A DNA stretch of 64,000 bases from Oligoflexales bacterium (GTDB lineage Bacteria; Bdellovibrionota_B; Oligoflexia; Oligoflexales; RGVZ01): assembly GCA_044236265.1 (NCBI GenBank), contig JBIIGV010000233.1, positions 1-64,000 on the forward strand, in the 5' to 3' direction. Made by a program: the position numbers and the translations under genes. Below the pieces are notes generated by a model. The model did not search any database. It worked only from the letters and a program-made list of their open reading frames with translations, and had not been told where the DNA came from. Of the stretch, positions 28,409-39,700 are shown in pieces. Position 1 is the stretch's first letter; each line of letters begins with the position of its first letter.

Positions 28409-29434
28409 GTGATTCTGCGGATGATAGCCAGTGTTGCTTGTATGCTGTTTGGCATTAGCTTTTTTACTGCGTGTGGTGGCAAGGCTGGTGATCGAGTTGG
28501 CCAAAGAATGGCGCCTTCATTATCTGGTGATGCAGATTCCGAGATGGGCGAAAGTGATGATGCAACATCTGAGCCACCTGTCGATGCCGTGCTTCCGGGC
28601 GAAGAAGACATGGAATACCACAATCTTTTGAGAGCCTGTGGCGGAATCAATCCTGAGACTCCTGAAGCTTTGATTCTCGATCAGACGCTGAAAGCATATG
28701 CCACAAGGCAGCAAGGGACAGAGTCTATTGGTGGAATTCCCGTGCGCTATCAGGTCGACTTTGATGGCGAGCTGATCATCAAGTCATCTATCAATAAAAA
28801 CGATTTGAATCGAACGCTTAGCCTAATTGAAGCAACTCCACAACTTGCAGCTAGAAAAGCACGTGAGCGCTTGGCTGCTCAAAGTGGTGAGTTGGCGACG
28901 GACTATGTTCCGTATTCCGAGCGGTCTGCGCTCTCTGACGTCGATGCTGCCTGGGATGGTGTGATCTGTACAATTCAACCTGCTCTTAAGACGGTCAATA
29001 CCGTTGGTCGGCGCGTCGTTGTCACCTACAATAAACCGCTGCCCATACATGTTTCTCCGATTGCGGTGCGCGAGCGCTATGAATTGGAACACACCGGCCA
29101 GCGTCGCTGGGAGCTGGAGGCCACGATTGTTGAGTCTGAGCGTCCTGATTTGCCGGTTGGCAGCGTAGTTCCTGGTTTTGTGGTAATCGAACCAGTCTCT
29201 CCAGAGCAAGTGGTCACTTTACCTGACGCATCGTCGATTGTGGTACGAGGGGATTTTGGCATTCGCATCCAAATTCGATTCGGTAGTGATCAGATGACAA
29301 ATATGATGGGATTAACTCCAGATTCAACCTATCTGATTGATCACACCAGGCGGATATTTCGTTCAATCACCGCTGATGTAAAAGATGGTTCGACTCCTGT
29401 CGTGACGTTCGCGGCTCAGGAGGCCGAACTGTGA
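28409..29434 (+). CDS. Hypothetical lipoprotein
   Basis: GGAGG RBS, GTG start and lipobox FTAC, then an acidic tether and a beta-rich domain. Confidence 0.75.
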   Translation: MILRMIASVACMLFGISFFTACGGKAGDRVGQRMAPSLSGDADSEMGESDDATSEPPVDAVLPGEEDMEYHNLLRACGGINPETPEALILDQTLKAYATRQQGTESIGGIPVRYQVDFDGELIIKSSINKNDLNRTLSLIEATPQLAARKARERLAAQSGELATDYVPYSERSALSDVDAAWDGVICTIQPALKTVNTVGRRVVVTYNKPLPIHVSPIAVRERYELEHTGQRRWELEATIVESERPDLPVGSVVPGFVVIEPVSPEQVVTLPDASSIVVRGDFGIRIQIRFGSDQMTNMMGLTPDSTYLIDHTRRIFRSITADVKDGSTPVVTFAAQEAEL

Positions 29435-30345
29435 AATATCTTAGCTTGATGCCAATTATCTTCGTCTGCGTATCGTGCGGTGCTAATCCGCCAGCAAAAA
29501 AGCCCTTGGCGAATGAATTTGAGTCAGATGCCAGTGCCGCGAATGTGGATGGCAAGTCTCCTTATGCGCTCGCATGCTCAGAGGCTGTCAGACGTGATGC
29601 TTACGGCCAAACTCTTGATGAGGCATTCAATATTTTGTGTGCCGGTGATTTGAAACCAAGTGGCACGTTTGTGAAAACACTAGCTGGAGATCCCTGGGAC
29701 GGCTCGTCAGGCCTAAAGATTTTCAAGATTGGAAACGCTGAGCACGACACGGCAGCAAGAACGACAAAACTAACGGGCGGCGGCACAATTCTAATTCCGA
29801 TCGAGGCTGAAAAGTTTGCGGAGATGTCTCTTCTATATGCTGCGAATCCAGATTTGGCGGAGGAGCACGGAATTCGTCTTGTCGATGGATTGAGGTCAGA
29901 ACGGAAACTCGATGAAAATCTTGGGTCGATGGATGGCGTTCTCATGGGTAGAGTTACGTCGCGCTTATTGATCGAAAAAGAAATCAATCATCAGAGAATC
30001 ACGATTGAATATGACGCATCTCGCTCATCAGCCAGGTTCTCCCGAGATGTTTTTGTAACAGCGACAAAACTCATACGCCCGATCCAGGGCATCAAAGACA
30101 TGTACAGCGTCAGTCTTTCTTACCCATGGGAGGGTGCAGTCGCCGTCACGACATTGATTATGACAAAGACCGACAATAAAAATCAGCCTGGTGTCGCTGC
30201 CGAAGCATTAATGAAAACATTTAAAGAGGGGATTCAGAACCTGCGCGCTAACGCAGTTGTCATGGGGCTGCGAGAATCAGAGTTATGGCTTCATGCCCCC
30301 GATGCGTGGGATGATCTATTGAACGGGGTTGCAAATGTGGATTGA
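29431..30345 (+). CDS. Hypothetical lipoprotein
   Basis: GTGA start/stop overlap with the upstream gene. Signal peptide ends CVSC-G. Confidence 0.75.
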   Translation: MKYLSLMPIIFVCVSCGANPPAKKPLANEFESDASAANVDGKSPYALACSEAVRRDAYGQTLDEAFNILCAGDLKPSGTFVKTLAGDPWDGSSGLKIFKIGNAEHDTAARTTKLTGGGTILIPIEAEKFAEMSLLYAANPDLAEEHGIRLVDGLRSERKLDENLGSMDGVLMGRVTSRLLIEKEINHQRITIEYDASRSSARFSRDVFVTATKLIRPIQGIKDMYSVSLSYPWEGAVAVTTLIMTKTDNKNQPGVAAEALMKTFKEGIQNLRANAVVMGLRESELWLHAPDAWDDLLNGVANVD

Positions 30346-31600
30346 AAAACAATTGAAGTTACATTCAGCCGCATTGATCTATTCTTTGTTGAACCCCTCA
30401 GTTGCAAGTGCTTATCCGTTTCTTTACACAGGAATTCATCAGATTGCTAACTCCGGTTTATCGGCTCTCGGTAGTTCGGATGCCACAGCAACTGCAGCAA
30501 ATCCTGCGAATCTTTCGGACGCCCAAGCGACGAGTTCCTACGCAGATATGGCGATTGTATCCATGCAATACATATATGCACATACAAACTACGATCCAGT
30601 TTATCTGAAGACCGTTGCCCCTCCAGTCAATCTTGGACTTAACGTGAAGACTGACTCAGGTCTCAGTTTCGGTCTTCTTGTGAGTCCTCGTACTGCTCCT
30701 GGCGCTAAACCTATCCGTGTGAATTCTGTGCCGACATTTACTGGTGCGGGATACGCCTTATTTAATCTAGATATTGAGCAAAGCGGATTTATGGGTGGAC
30801 TTGGTGCAGGTTACAAGCTTCCTGGAACAGGTTGGTCTGTCGGATTAACACTTCTTTATGGAGAGGATGCTCAGGAGATCTCCGCCTATGCATCAGAAGG
30901 TGATCAAAGTTTGCCGGGCATGGATATGAAGTATTCTGGGCGTAGTATCCAGGGACTAATGGGAATCGCCTACGCAGGTGGTCGATCATCTCTAGGTATG
31001 ACTTTTAGGAGTCCTGCTGCCAGGCGTTATGATGGCGATATCGCAAGTGCATTGACAGATAACGTTTATGACCACTACAACGGCGTTTCTTATCATCCTG
31101 CACAGCTGACTGGAGCCGTGCAAGTTGGTAGAGGTGTGATGGATTATATGATGCAGGTAAATCGTGACTTTTGGTCGCTCGGACGCAACGTCGCAAATCG
31201 CGGTTTACCTTATGGATCTCCAGAAACTGACTTCAAGGATAGTTTTGGGGTGTCCTTCGCTGCAAAGCTTCGCCAAAGCGACTCAACGTCGCTGTCGGCG
31301 TCCTGCGGGTATTATTCAGCTAACACGGGAGACGGAAGTGCCATCGATCACGGCTCAACGGCTCTCGATGACACCGCTATTCCGGTTCAAACTGGGATGG
31401 AGTTCGGTCAAATGGAGGCCATTCCCCGGGCTGTGCTGGGTGCTGGAATGATAAGAACCCTCGGAGACAACAGAGGATCTTGGGTTTTTTCCGGTAATTA
31501 CCAAACGGGTACTAGGACCATTCCCGTGGGCCACAAGGGTGAAGGTTGGTACCATATCGACGTTTTCACGGTGGCGAGCGGGCTAAATGTGAAATTTTGA
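30335..31600 (+). CDS. Outer-membrane beta-barrel, FadL/OmpP1/TodX-like
   Basis: Signal peptide ends ASA. The N-terminal hatch-like motif SDATATAANPANL resembles D.sA...NPA. Alternating amphipathic strands and a C-terminal Phe (GLNVKF). Overlaps the upstream stop; ATG 30335 (track 30329). Confidence 0.65.
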   Translation: MWIEKQLKLHSAALIYSLLNPSVASAYPFLYTGIHQIANSGLSALGSSDATATAANPANLSDAQATSSYADMAIVSMQYIYAHTNYDPVYLKTVAPPVNLGLNVKTDSGLSFGLLVSPRTAPGAKPIRVNSVPTFTGAGYALFNLDIEQSGFMGGLGAGYKLPGTGWSVGLTLLYGEDAQEISAYASEGDQSLPGMDMKYSGRSIQGLMGIAYAGGRSSLGMTFRSPAARRYDGDIASALTDNVYDHYNGVSYHPAQLTGAVQVGRGVMDYMMQVNRDFWSLGRNVANRGLPYGSPETDFKDSFGVSFAAKLRQSDSTSLSASCGYYSANTGDGSAIDHGSTALDDTAIPVQTGMEFGQMEAIPRAVLGAGMIRTLGDNRGSWVFSGNYQTGTRTIPVGHKGEGWYHIDVFTVASGLNVKF

Positions 31601-31869
31601 ATTTGGAACGATTTCCACTAACCGAAAATTCTTATTTTCTTCCGCATGGTTTGCACCGCTTTTTATTAAAATTCAGATGGGTAGATCTGGAATATTTGCA
31701 GAGCCATTATGCGCTCTAAAGTCCTATTTTGACTTTTAAAATCAGGTACTTTTGCGCTAGTGGGAAAGGCCTGCGATTCTTGATGGGCCCATATTTCCTT
31801 GTTAAAATTAAGATATCGAAATCTCTAAGAATTGCGAATTTGGTTTTGTATCTCAAACTCGAGAGTTGA

Positions 31870-33579
31870 ATGCGAAGCAAAGCACGACAAATTTTATCGT
31901 CGTTTAGGCAGCGGCTGCTCTTTTTGTGCATTTGCATATTCAGCACGATATTCATTAGCGCAAACGGTGATCCAATCGATGCGCAAACTACTGACAACTC
32001 CGTCGCCTCTCGCATTTACTACGTCACAATACCCATTGATCGTAGCGTCGGTCCATATCTCAGACAGCTTAAATTACTGATTCCAGACGTTCCTGCGCCT
32101 TATAACGATTCGAAGTTGTACGATGGTGACACGTGGGATCAACTCGTTGATAAATTATTAACGAAGAAAGATTCTAACGTGCGAGATCGTCGTACTCCGA
32201 CGCAAGTGGTTGTTCCACTTCCAGCAGGATGTTTTGATTCTTCGATGAGTATGGAGAAGCGTGAACAGTGTTTGCAAAATCCTGCTGCATTTGCAAAAGG
32301 CTATTTGACCCTTCGCCTCTATGACGTCAAGGACGGCGATTCACTTCCTGACGTTTTGTCTCGTCACGGCGTTTACCCGACTCGGGAAGGTTCCTCTTAC
32401 TATAATCAGCAGCGATGGAGTGACGTTGTACAAAACTTCAACCCGCGCATTAATCAGTGGAATAATCTCAATGCAGGTTCAGTCTTTATTCTTCCGCTCT
32501 TAAATGAGAGCGAATCCCGGGCAAGAGATGCTGCCAAGACTGTGGCTTCTGCTCCTGTCGTTGAATCTGAGCCAGCAATCTCGAATGCTTCTGATGTTAA
32601 GGACGCAGGCGAGCAGTTGCCTGTTGACGGGCAAGCGGTACCGCTTGATGTTGTTTCCCCGGTCACTGAGGTCGCGCCAACAGCGGCCACACCGCCTGCA
32701 CCAATTCCGCAGCCAGTTGTACCAGTTCCTGTGAAGCCGGCTCAACCGGTAGTCGCTGAAACGCCGGCTCCGCCGCGGCAGCCATCTCCTGCACCGAAGC
32801 CAGTGCAGATTGTTGCCGAGCCTCAAGCGCCAGAGGAAGAGGTTGTCTATGTAGACGAGCTTCCTCCTCCTAAAAAGATTGTATACGCACGCGAACCACA
32901 GTCCGATCTATCGTTTAGTGTAGCCAGGAATGTTCTCTCTTCTGTTCGCATTCCAATGATGGCCCGTCAGAATCATTTGAATTTGAGCTATACTCGCTCG
33001 GATCCAGGTAATTCTGATTGGTGGATCAATGTCTATCAGTCTCCGATTGTCAAAGGTAAATCAGATTCGCCTTATTTGATCGAGACCGACGACTCTAGTG
33101 AACGTTTTAAATTCAGTAATCTTGAGTTGGGCACGAAGTTCTACATGTCAGCTCCAGTTCCAACCTGGAGTATCTACGCCGGGTTGTACGCAAGATGGAT
33201 GGCCCTCGATCTACGCTATTGGATTAGTAACAACAGTGATGAAACAGCCTATCTCGTAAATCGCAAAGCCTTTAGAAATGTTGGGGCTGGTGTAACTGCT
33301 GGGGTAGATCATTCACGAGGCAATGTCCGCTATCGTTTCAATGTTGCCAAAGACCTTTACGAATTTGTCGATCAGGCGGTGCATATTGATCGAACGAATG
33401 CGCGCTTTTCTGCATCGTTCCGATTCCCGAAAGTTAAGGAACGTGGAAAGACGCAGCGACATGTGGATCTCTTCACAGAGTCTGAGACGCTAAATGTGAA
33501 TGTAATCAGTGATTCGGCAATGCTTCAGGTGACAATGAAGCGCTTGTCGGTGGGTGTTGGTGCTGGTTTGGTGTGGTGA
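31870..33579 (+). CDS. Secreted LysM-like / Pro-rich linker / C-terminal beta-barrel outer-membrane protein
   Basis: Signal peptide, then a LysM-like segment YDVKDGDSLPDVL...NFNPRINQWNNLNAGSVFILP and a ~120-aa Pro/Ala/Val/Glu-rich linker. About 230 aa of amphipathic strands end in VGVGAGLVW. Confidence 0.7.
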   Translation: MRSKARQILSSFRQRLLFLCICIFSTIFISANGDPIDAQTTDNSVASRIYYVTIPIDRSVGPYLRQLKLLIPDVPAPYNDSKLYDGDTWDQLVDKLLTKKDSNVRDRRTPTQVVVPLPAGCFDSSMSMEKREQCLQNPAAFAKGYLTLRLYDVKDGDSLPDVLSRHGVYPTREGSSYYNQQRWSDVVQNFNPRINQWNNLNAGSVFILPLLNESESRARDAAKTVASAPVVESEPAISNASDVKDAGEQLPVDGQAVPLDVVSPVTEVAPTAATPPAPIPQPVVPVPVKPAQPVVAETPAPPRQPSPAPKPVQIVAEPQAPEEEVVYVDELPPPKKIVYAREPQSDLSFSVARNVLSSVRIPMMARQNHLNLSYTRSDPGNSDWWINVYQSPIVKGKSDSPYLIETDDSSERFKFSNLELGTKFYMSAPVPTWSIYAGLYARWMALDLRYWISNNSDETAYLVNRKAFRNVGAGVTAGVDHSRGNVRYRFNVAKDLYEFVDQAVHIDRTNARFSASFRFPKVKERGKTQRHVDLFTESETLNVNVISDSAMLQVTMKRLSVGVGAGLVW

Positions 33580-33646
33580 TTTGGGCTGGGGGCGGACCAA
33601 CTGTGATTAAGGGCGCAAGTTGGTGAAATTCATAACTATAATAGGA

Positions 33647-33660
33647 AATGCTTAAGCATT
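33647..33660. promoter_or_regulatory. Perfect 14-bp palindrome (candidate operator)
   Basis: AATGCTTAAGCATT is self-complementary and flanked by AGG...CCT. It covers the -35 of the sigma28-like promoter. Confidence 0.5.
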
Positions 33661-33678
33661 CCTGTAGTTTGCCGAATC
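33652..33678 (+). promoter_or_regulatory. sigma28 (FliA)-type promoter of the giant gene
   Basis: TTAAGCAT-N11-GCCGAATC, with the same geometry as the 28326 site, 41 nt upstream of ATG 33719. Confidence 0.55.
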
Positions 33679-33718
33679 CCTCCTAGTACGGGCGTGAGAA
33701 CTAATTCGGGTAGTGCTA

Positions 33719-36700
33719 ATGTTTCTCAAACGACTGAAATTTATGGCGCAGTTCAAAGCTGGTCAAGCTTTGCTATCTATTGTCATATTCAGTTTCCTAC
33801 TCTCCTGTGAATCCAACTTTTCGGGTAAAGTCCTTAACTCCAATAGAAAAAATAATCCATTTGCTACGGCAAATCTGTTGGAGGGTCAGGTTGCGTTTAA
33901 AACAACAAAGTTGTCGACAAAAGCACGCGGAACTCGCCTTTCTGGAGAAGCCTGTACCGATCAAGCAACGGTCTACTTGACACACTTTGCCACATATCAA
34001 GACAGCTTAGTTATTGAGGTTCGCAAACGCATTCTATCGGTTAAGGCCGATAGCGATGGGCGCTTTAAATTTACGAACTTGAAAGAACAGGGCGTAAATC
34101 TTCAGTCAAAAAATGATATTTATAAGGTGGAAGCAGAGCGTTGCAGCGACTACTACTCAAGGGTCGTGACAGGAGCGCAGGAGCAAAACCTAAGTGCAGC
34201 TGGTACCGCATTTGACTTCACACTCGACAAAACTGTTATCAAAGCAAGTCTTGGATCAGACGACTTTTACGCCAAACTGGAGGATTTGGATAAACTGTAC
34301 AGTCTTGCTGACACTCGCAACTCGGTCGAAGGTGTATTGGAAACACTTCGCACGAGTCGTGAAACACAAAAATCATATAGCAATATTTTTGGTGCTGAAG
34401 ATGTCACTCTTCAGAATATCGAACCCCGAATTGTAATTGAGTCCGTACCCCTTAAAATTCCCGCAACTATTCTGACCCGTTTTGAAGTTTTAGCTGTTTA
34501 CTATTCCGCCGAATTCAATGTCGATTATCGGTGGAAGTTAGACGGCGAAGTTGTCAGCACTGACCCTGGGTTTAGTTGGCGCCCGACGTCGACCCAGCTC
34601 GGTCTGCACACTATCGAGTTGAGTGTTGGGGTGCGAAGCCAGTTTAACCTGGACGCATACCTTAACTCTAAGATCATGAATTACTCGATCAATGTTGTTG
34701 AAGCAACCTCCGATCCACGAACGCCCGTCGTGTCGAGTTTTGCTTTGGCTAACGCCGCGGCTGGTGGATTTATCAATAATGCTCATGCTTCGGACGCAGA
34801 AGCTGTCGCAAGTTTGGTTGCCACCAATTATGATCAAGCCTCATATGCAATTGTCGCCCCGAACGTCACTTGCAATGAGTCTACGTCATTCCCGCTTGCT
34901 TCGATCCCGACTTTTGGAAGCTTTACAGTAGATGGAAGTTACAAAGTCTGTGCAAAGGTTTCGCGAAGTGATGGGGGCACTGTTTACGTAGCAACTCAAA
35001 CGTTGCAACGGGATGTTGTGATACCATCCGTGAGCTTTGTCGATGTGTTGCCCAAGGCTGGATCGACGAACCCGAAGCCGACAATCAAAGGAACGGCATC
35101 CGAGGCATCTTTAGTCTCTCTGTACTACGATGCAAGTTGTTCTTCTGCGAAGTCTTCAGCAACGGCAAACACAGTTTTTGCGTCACCAGGAATGACCGTT
35201 GCATCTGATGTTAATTTAAACAATACGACGACAATCTATGCGCAGGCGGTTGATCCGGCTGGAAACCCATCGCCGTGCTCTTTGATGTTGACGTACACCC
35301 ACGACGACGTAACGCCCATTGTTAAAAATATCAAAGCTAATGTGGCCGATAATGGCTACAAGGCTGGCGATGTTATCCCGATTGAAGTGGAATTCTCTGA
35401 GCCAGTAAAAGTAACTGGCGTGCCGACTTTGACTCTTGAAACAGGATCGTCTGATGTTGTGGTTAATTACACATCTGGATCTGACACCAAGTTTCTGATT
35501 TTCAACTTTACGGTCGGATCAAACCAGACAGCTGCGGACCTCGACTACATTTCAGCGACGGCTCTGTCTGCTTCCGGTGGTAGTATTCAGGATCAAGTTC
35601 AAACTGATGCAGTCCTAACATTGCCAGCCCCTGGGGCAGCTGGCAGTTTGTCGGCAAATAGTAACATTCTGATTGATACGACCATACCAGTAGTCACATA
35701 TGCGTCGATCTCTCCTTCGTCCCCAGGTACAAGTCTGACACCAGCCGTATCGATGTCTCTAAGTGAAAACGCGACCGTGACCTTATACGGTAACAGTAGC
35801 TGTTCGGATGCAATTTCATCGGCTACGGCCCTGTCGGGAACCGGTTTACAAGTTATTACGACGAATACGCTCGCAGCTAACGCTGCGACAACGATCTTTG
35901 CCCGCGCCGTTGATGGTGTGACAAATCAGTCTGTTTGTCACAGTATGATTGTCTATACGCATGACAATATTGCGCCAACCGTCGCGTCTTTTGCGAGATC
36001 ATCTGGCCAAAATTCATTCACTAATTCCGTACCAATAAATTTTGGCGTTCAATTTTCTGAAGTGATCGACCCATCAACATTCACGGCAAGTGATATTTCT
36101 AACACGGGTACTGCGACCGATATCGTTTGGACTGTTACGGACTCTGGTGATCACCGCAACTTTGTTGTAGCTGCGACGCAATCTGGAAACGGTACATTAA
36201 AGCCATCTTTTGCAGCGACTGCGGTGAGTGATCCGGCAGGGAATGCAATTCAGTCCATTTCGACGTCATCTAATGACGTGGCATATTCTATCGCCCTATT
36301 CACTGTAACGTTGAATCAAACAGCTGGGCAGGTTGATCCTGCAAACTCGTTGCCGATATCGTTCACAGCCGTGTTCTCTGATGAGGTGGGTACAGGTCAG
36401 TTTGTCGCTCAAGATATTGTTCAGCAGGGCACTGCTTCAGGAATCACCTGGAATTTGGCAACTACGGATAATATCACATGGACGATCACAGCGACTGCGA
36501 TAACGGGTCAGGGAACCGTCGTTCCTCATATTCCTCAAGATGCAGTTTTAGACCGCTACGGAAACAAAAATGGTGCGTCAACTCACACAGATAACTCCGT
36601 GGTTTATGACATTACGGCTCCGACGATCACATTTACAAATCTTACTCCAGCAAACCCTTCTTCGGAGCTGCGTCCAACGCTCAAAGGTACGGTGTCTGAA

Positions 36701-39700
36701 GCGTCGATTGTAACCTTGTACTTTGATAGTAGCTGTTCGGCAGCCAAATCCGATGCTGTTGCGAACACAGTGCTGCCTATGCCTGGTCTTGCACCAAATA
36801 TTGATGTAGCTGCCGATACAATGACGCCGATTTATGCGCGCGCCATCGATCCCGCAGGCAATATTTCGGTTTGTACGTTAATGGTCAATTACAACCACGA
36901 CGGCACGCCTCCGTTCGTGGTGTCAGTTGGCTCGACTAAAGCTGATGGCTTCTATAAAGCTGGCACGGTCATCCCGATCGCCGTCAATTTCTCTGAAAAT
37001 GTATTTGTGGTTGGTACTCCGCAAATAACGCTCGAAACTGGCTCTACAGATCGAGTTGTAAATTATTCAAGTGGATCAGGCACTCCGACATTAGTCTTCA
37101 ACTACACGGTTCAGGCTGGTGATACGGCAGCCGACCTTGATTATCTGGATACCTCAGCCTTCGCACTAAATGGCAGCACCATTAAAGACTGGGTTGATAA
37201 CGATGCTGTCATGACTCTTCCATCCACCGGCAGCGCGACCAGTATCGCTGGCCAAAAATCAATCGTCATCGATACAGCCGTACCCGCTGTCTCGTTCGTG
37301 TCAATCTCACCTGTATCTCCAGGAATGAGTCGAACTCCCTCGGTGACCGTCAATGTGTCAGAAAATGCGAGTGGGATCGCCTTATTCAGTAACCCAACGT
37401 GTGGATCTGCAATCTCGGCGAGCATAGCGGGATCATCCGGCAACAATACTGTGGTGACGAATACGCTGACCGCTGATGCTCTGACTCCAATTTACGCTCA
37501 AGTGACAGACCTCGCCGGTAACGTTTCCTCCTGTGCGAATATGACCGGCTACCAGCATGACGGTACGCCTGCCGTTGTCACGTCCGTGTCTTCATCTTTG
37601 GCGAACGGAACATATGGTGTCGGCCAAGTGATTCCAATCGAAGTCAGCTTCTCGGAAGTCGTTTATGTCAACGGGACACCGTTTTTGACGCTCGAAACTG
37701 GCGCTACGGATGCCGTCGCCAACTACGCATCTGGTTCCGGTACCAACAAGCTGACTTTTAACTACACTGTCGTGGCCGGCGAAAACACTCTTGATTTGGA
37801 ACTGACGTCACTGAGTGCGATAAATCTTAATTCCGGCACAATCAAGGATCTCGCTGGCAATGACTCAACCGTGACGGTAACGCCACTGGCTGGCGGTAGT
37901 AGCTTATCTGGACAAAAGGCTATCGTCGTGGATACGACAGGGCCGACGCTAACATATGCCTCAGTCTCTCCGGTGCCTCCGGCTACTTCAAGAACACCCG
38001 CGGTGACCATGAGTCTTTCTGAGCCTGCTGCCGTGACTCTGTACAGTGACAGCGATTGTTCTGCCGCGATATCGTCGTCAGTGAGTTTTGCTGCTGGCGT
38101 AGGTCGAACAATCACGACCAACACACTGACAGCTAATGCGACGACGCCGATTTTTGCAAAAGGTATAGATGCTGTAAACAACGCATCAGCTTGTACAAGT
38201 ATGATTGTGTACACGCACGATGATACGCCGCCAGTTGTGATGTCCTTTGCTCGTGCATCGAGTCAGATTGCCCAGACGAACTCTGTTCCAATTAATTTCA
38301 CGCTGACATTCTCTGAGCCTATTAATCCCTCGAGTTTGACGGCGGGAGATATCTCCAATATTGGAAACGCGACAGGAGTTACATGGTCGATCTCTAATTC
38401 AGGCGACAATGCAACTTTCACGGTATCTGCAATCGCAGCAAGTAACGGAACCCTCCAGCCAAGATTGGCTGCGGCGAGCATTGCTGATCATGCCGGCAAT
38501 ACAAACGTAGCCGGTGCGGACTCGCCAAACAATGTCGGTTATTTTGTAGCGGTGTTGACGGTGACGATGAATCAGGCTGCTGGACAAGGGGATCCAGTCA
38601 ACGGTTTACCAATTAGTTACAACGTTGTATTCTCTGGAGCAGTAGGTGCGAATAGTTTTACGACTGGTGATATCGTTCAGAACGGCACAGCTGGGGGAAT
38701 TACTTGGACACTGTCGACCACTGACAATATTAGTTGGCTCCTACGGGCTACTGCGATAGCGACTCCGGGTACAGTCATCCCGTCGATTGCAGCAAGCTCT
38801 GTCATCGATGAATTCCAGAACCAGAATGCGGCTTCAACATCGACCGACAATACAGTCGTCTACGATATTACGCCGCCGACGTTAAGCTTTTCATCTTTGA
38901 CGCCATCCAATCCTTCGCAGTCAATGACGCCGACGATTATCGGTACAGCGTCTGAGCCGTCGACGGTGACGCTATACTACGACTCCGGATGTTCTGTCGC
39001 TAAGTCAGCCACGGTTCCGAACACCTCGTTTGCAAGTCCTGGTATCACGCCGACAGGTAATGTGGCTGCTGATACTGCCACCGTGATTTACGGTATGGCT
39101 ACCGATACGGCAGGGAACATTTCTGCTTGTACGAGTCTTGTCTCTTATGTTCACGATGGTACCGGGCCAAGCGTGACGAGTGTCACGTCTACATTAGCTG
39201 ACGGTCCTTATAAGGCAGGTCAAGTTGTCCCTGTCTTCGTGAACTTCAATGAAAATGTAAACCTCGCTGGTACTCTGCAATTGGCACTAGAGACTGGTGC
39301 GATTGATGCAGTTCTAAACTATGTGTCTGGAAGTGGTACGAGCTCCCTAAGATTTAACTACACAGTGGTTGCTGGAGATACCTCGCTAGATCTTGACTAT
39401 GTCAGTTCAGCTTCTCTGGCTCTTTTAACAGGTACCCTTCGCGACGCTGTCGGAAACGATGCAGTCCTCACGTTACCTGCTCCTGGAGCGTCTGGAAGTA
39501 TGGGTGCAAATAAAGCGCTCATCATCGACACGACGGCGCCAACGATGACTTTCTCAAATACGTTGCCGGTTTCGCCTGGTAACACTCAAACCCCACAGGT
39601 GACGTTCACTATTTCAGAGAACGTACCTACCGTAAGGCTGTTTACAGATAATGCTTGTTCGGTGGGTGCCGCTCCTGCAAGTACTGGATTAATGGGCAGT

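Noticed and set aside
32119..32223. Possible second LysM (YDGDTWDQLV...VVVPLP) in the 569-aa protein
   Set aside because: Only the GDT start and LP end resemble LysM, and the spacing and core do not fit well. It needs a profile search.
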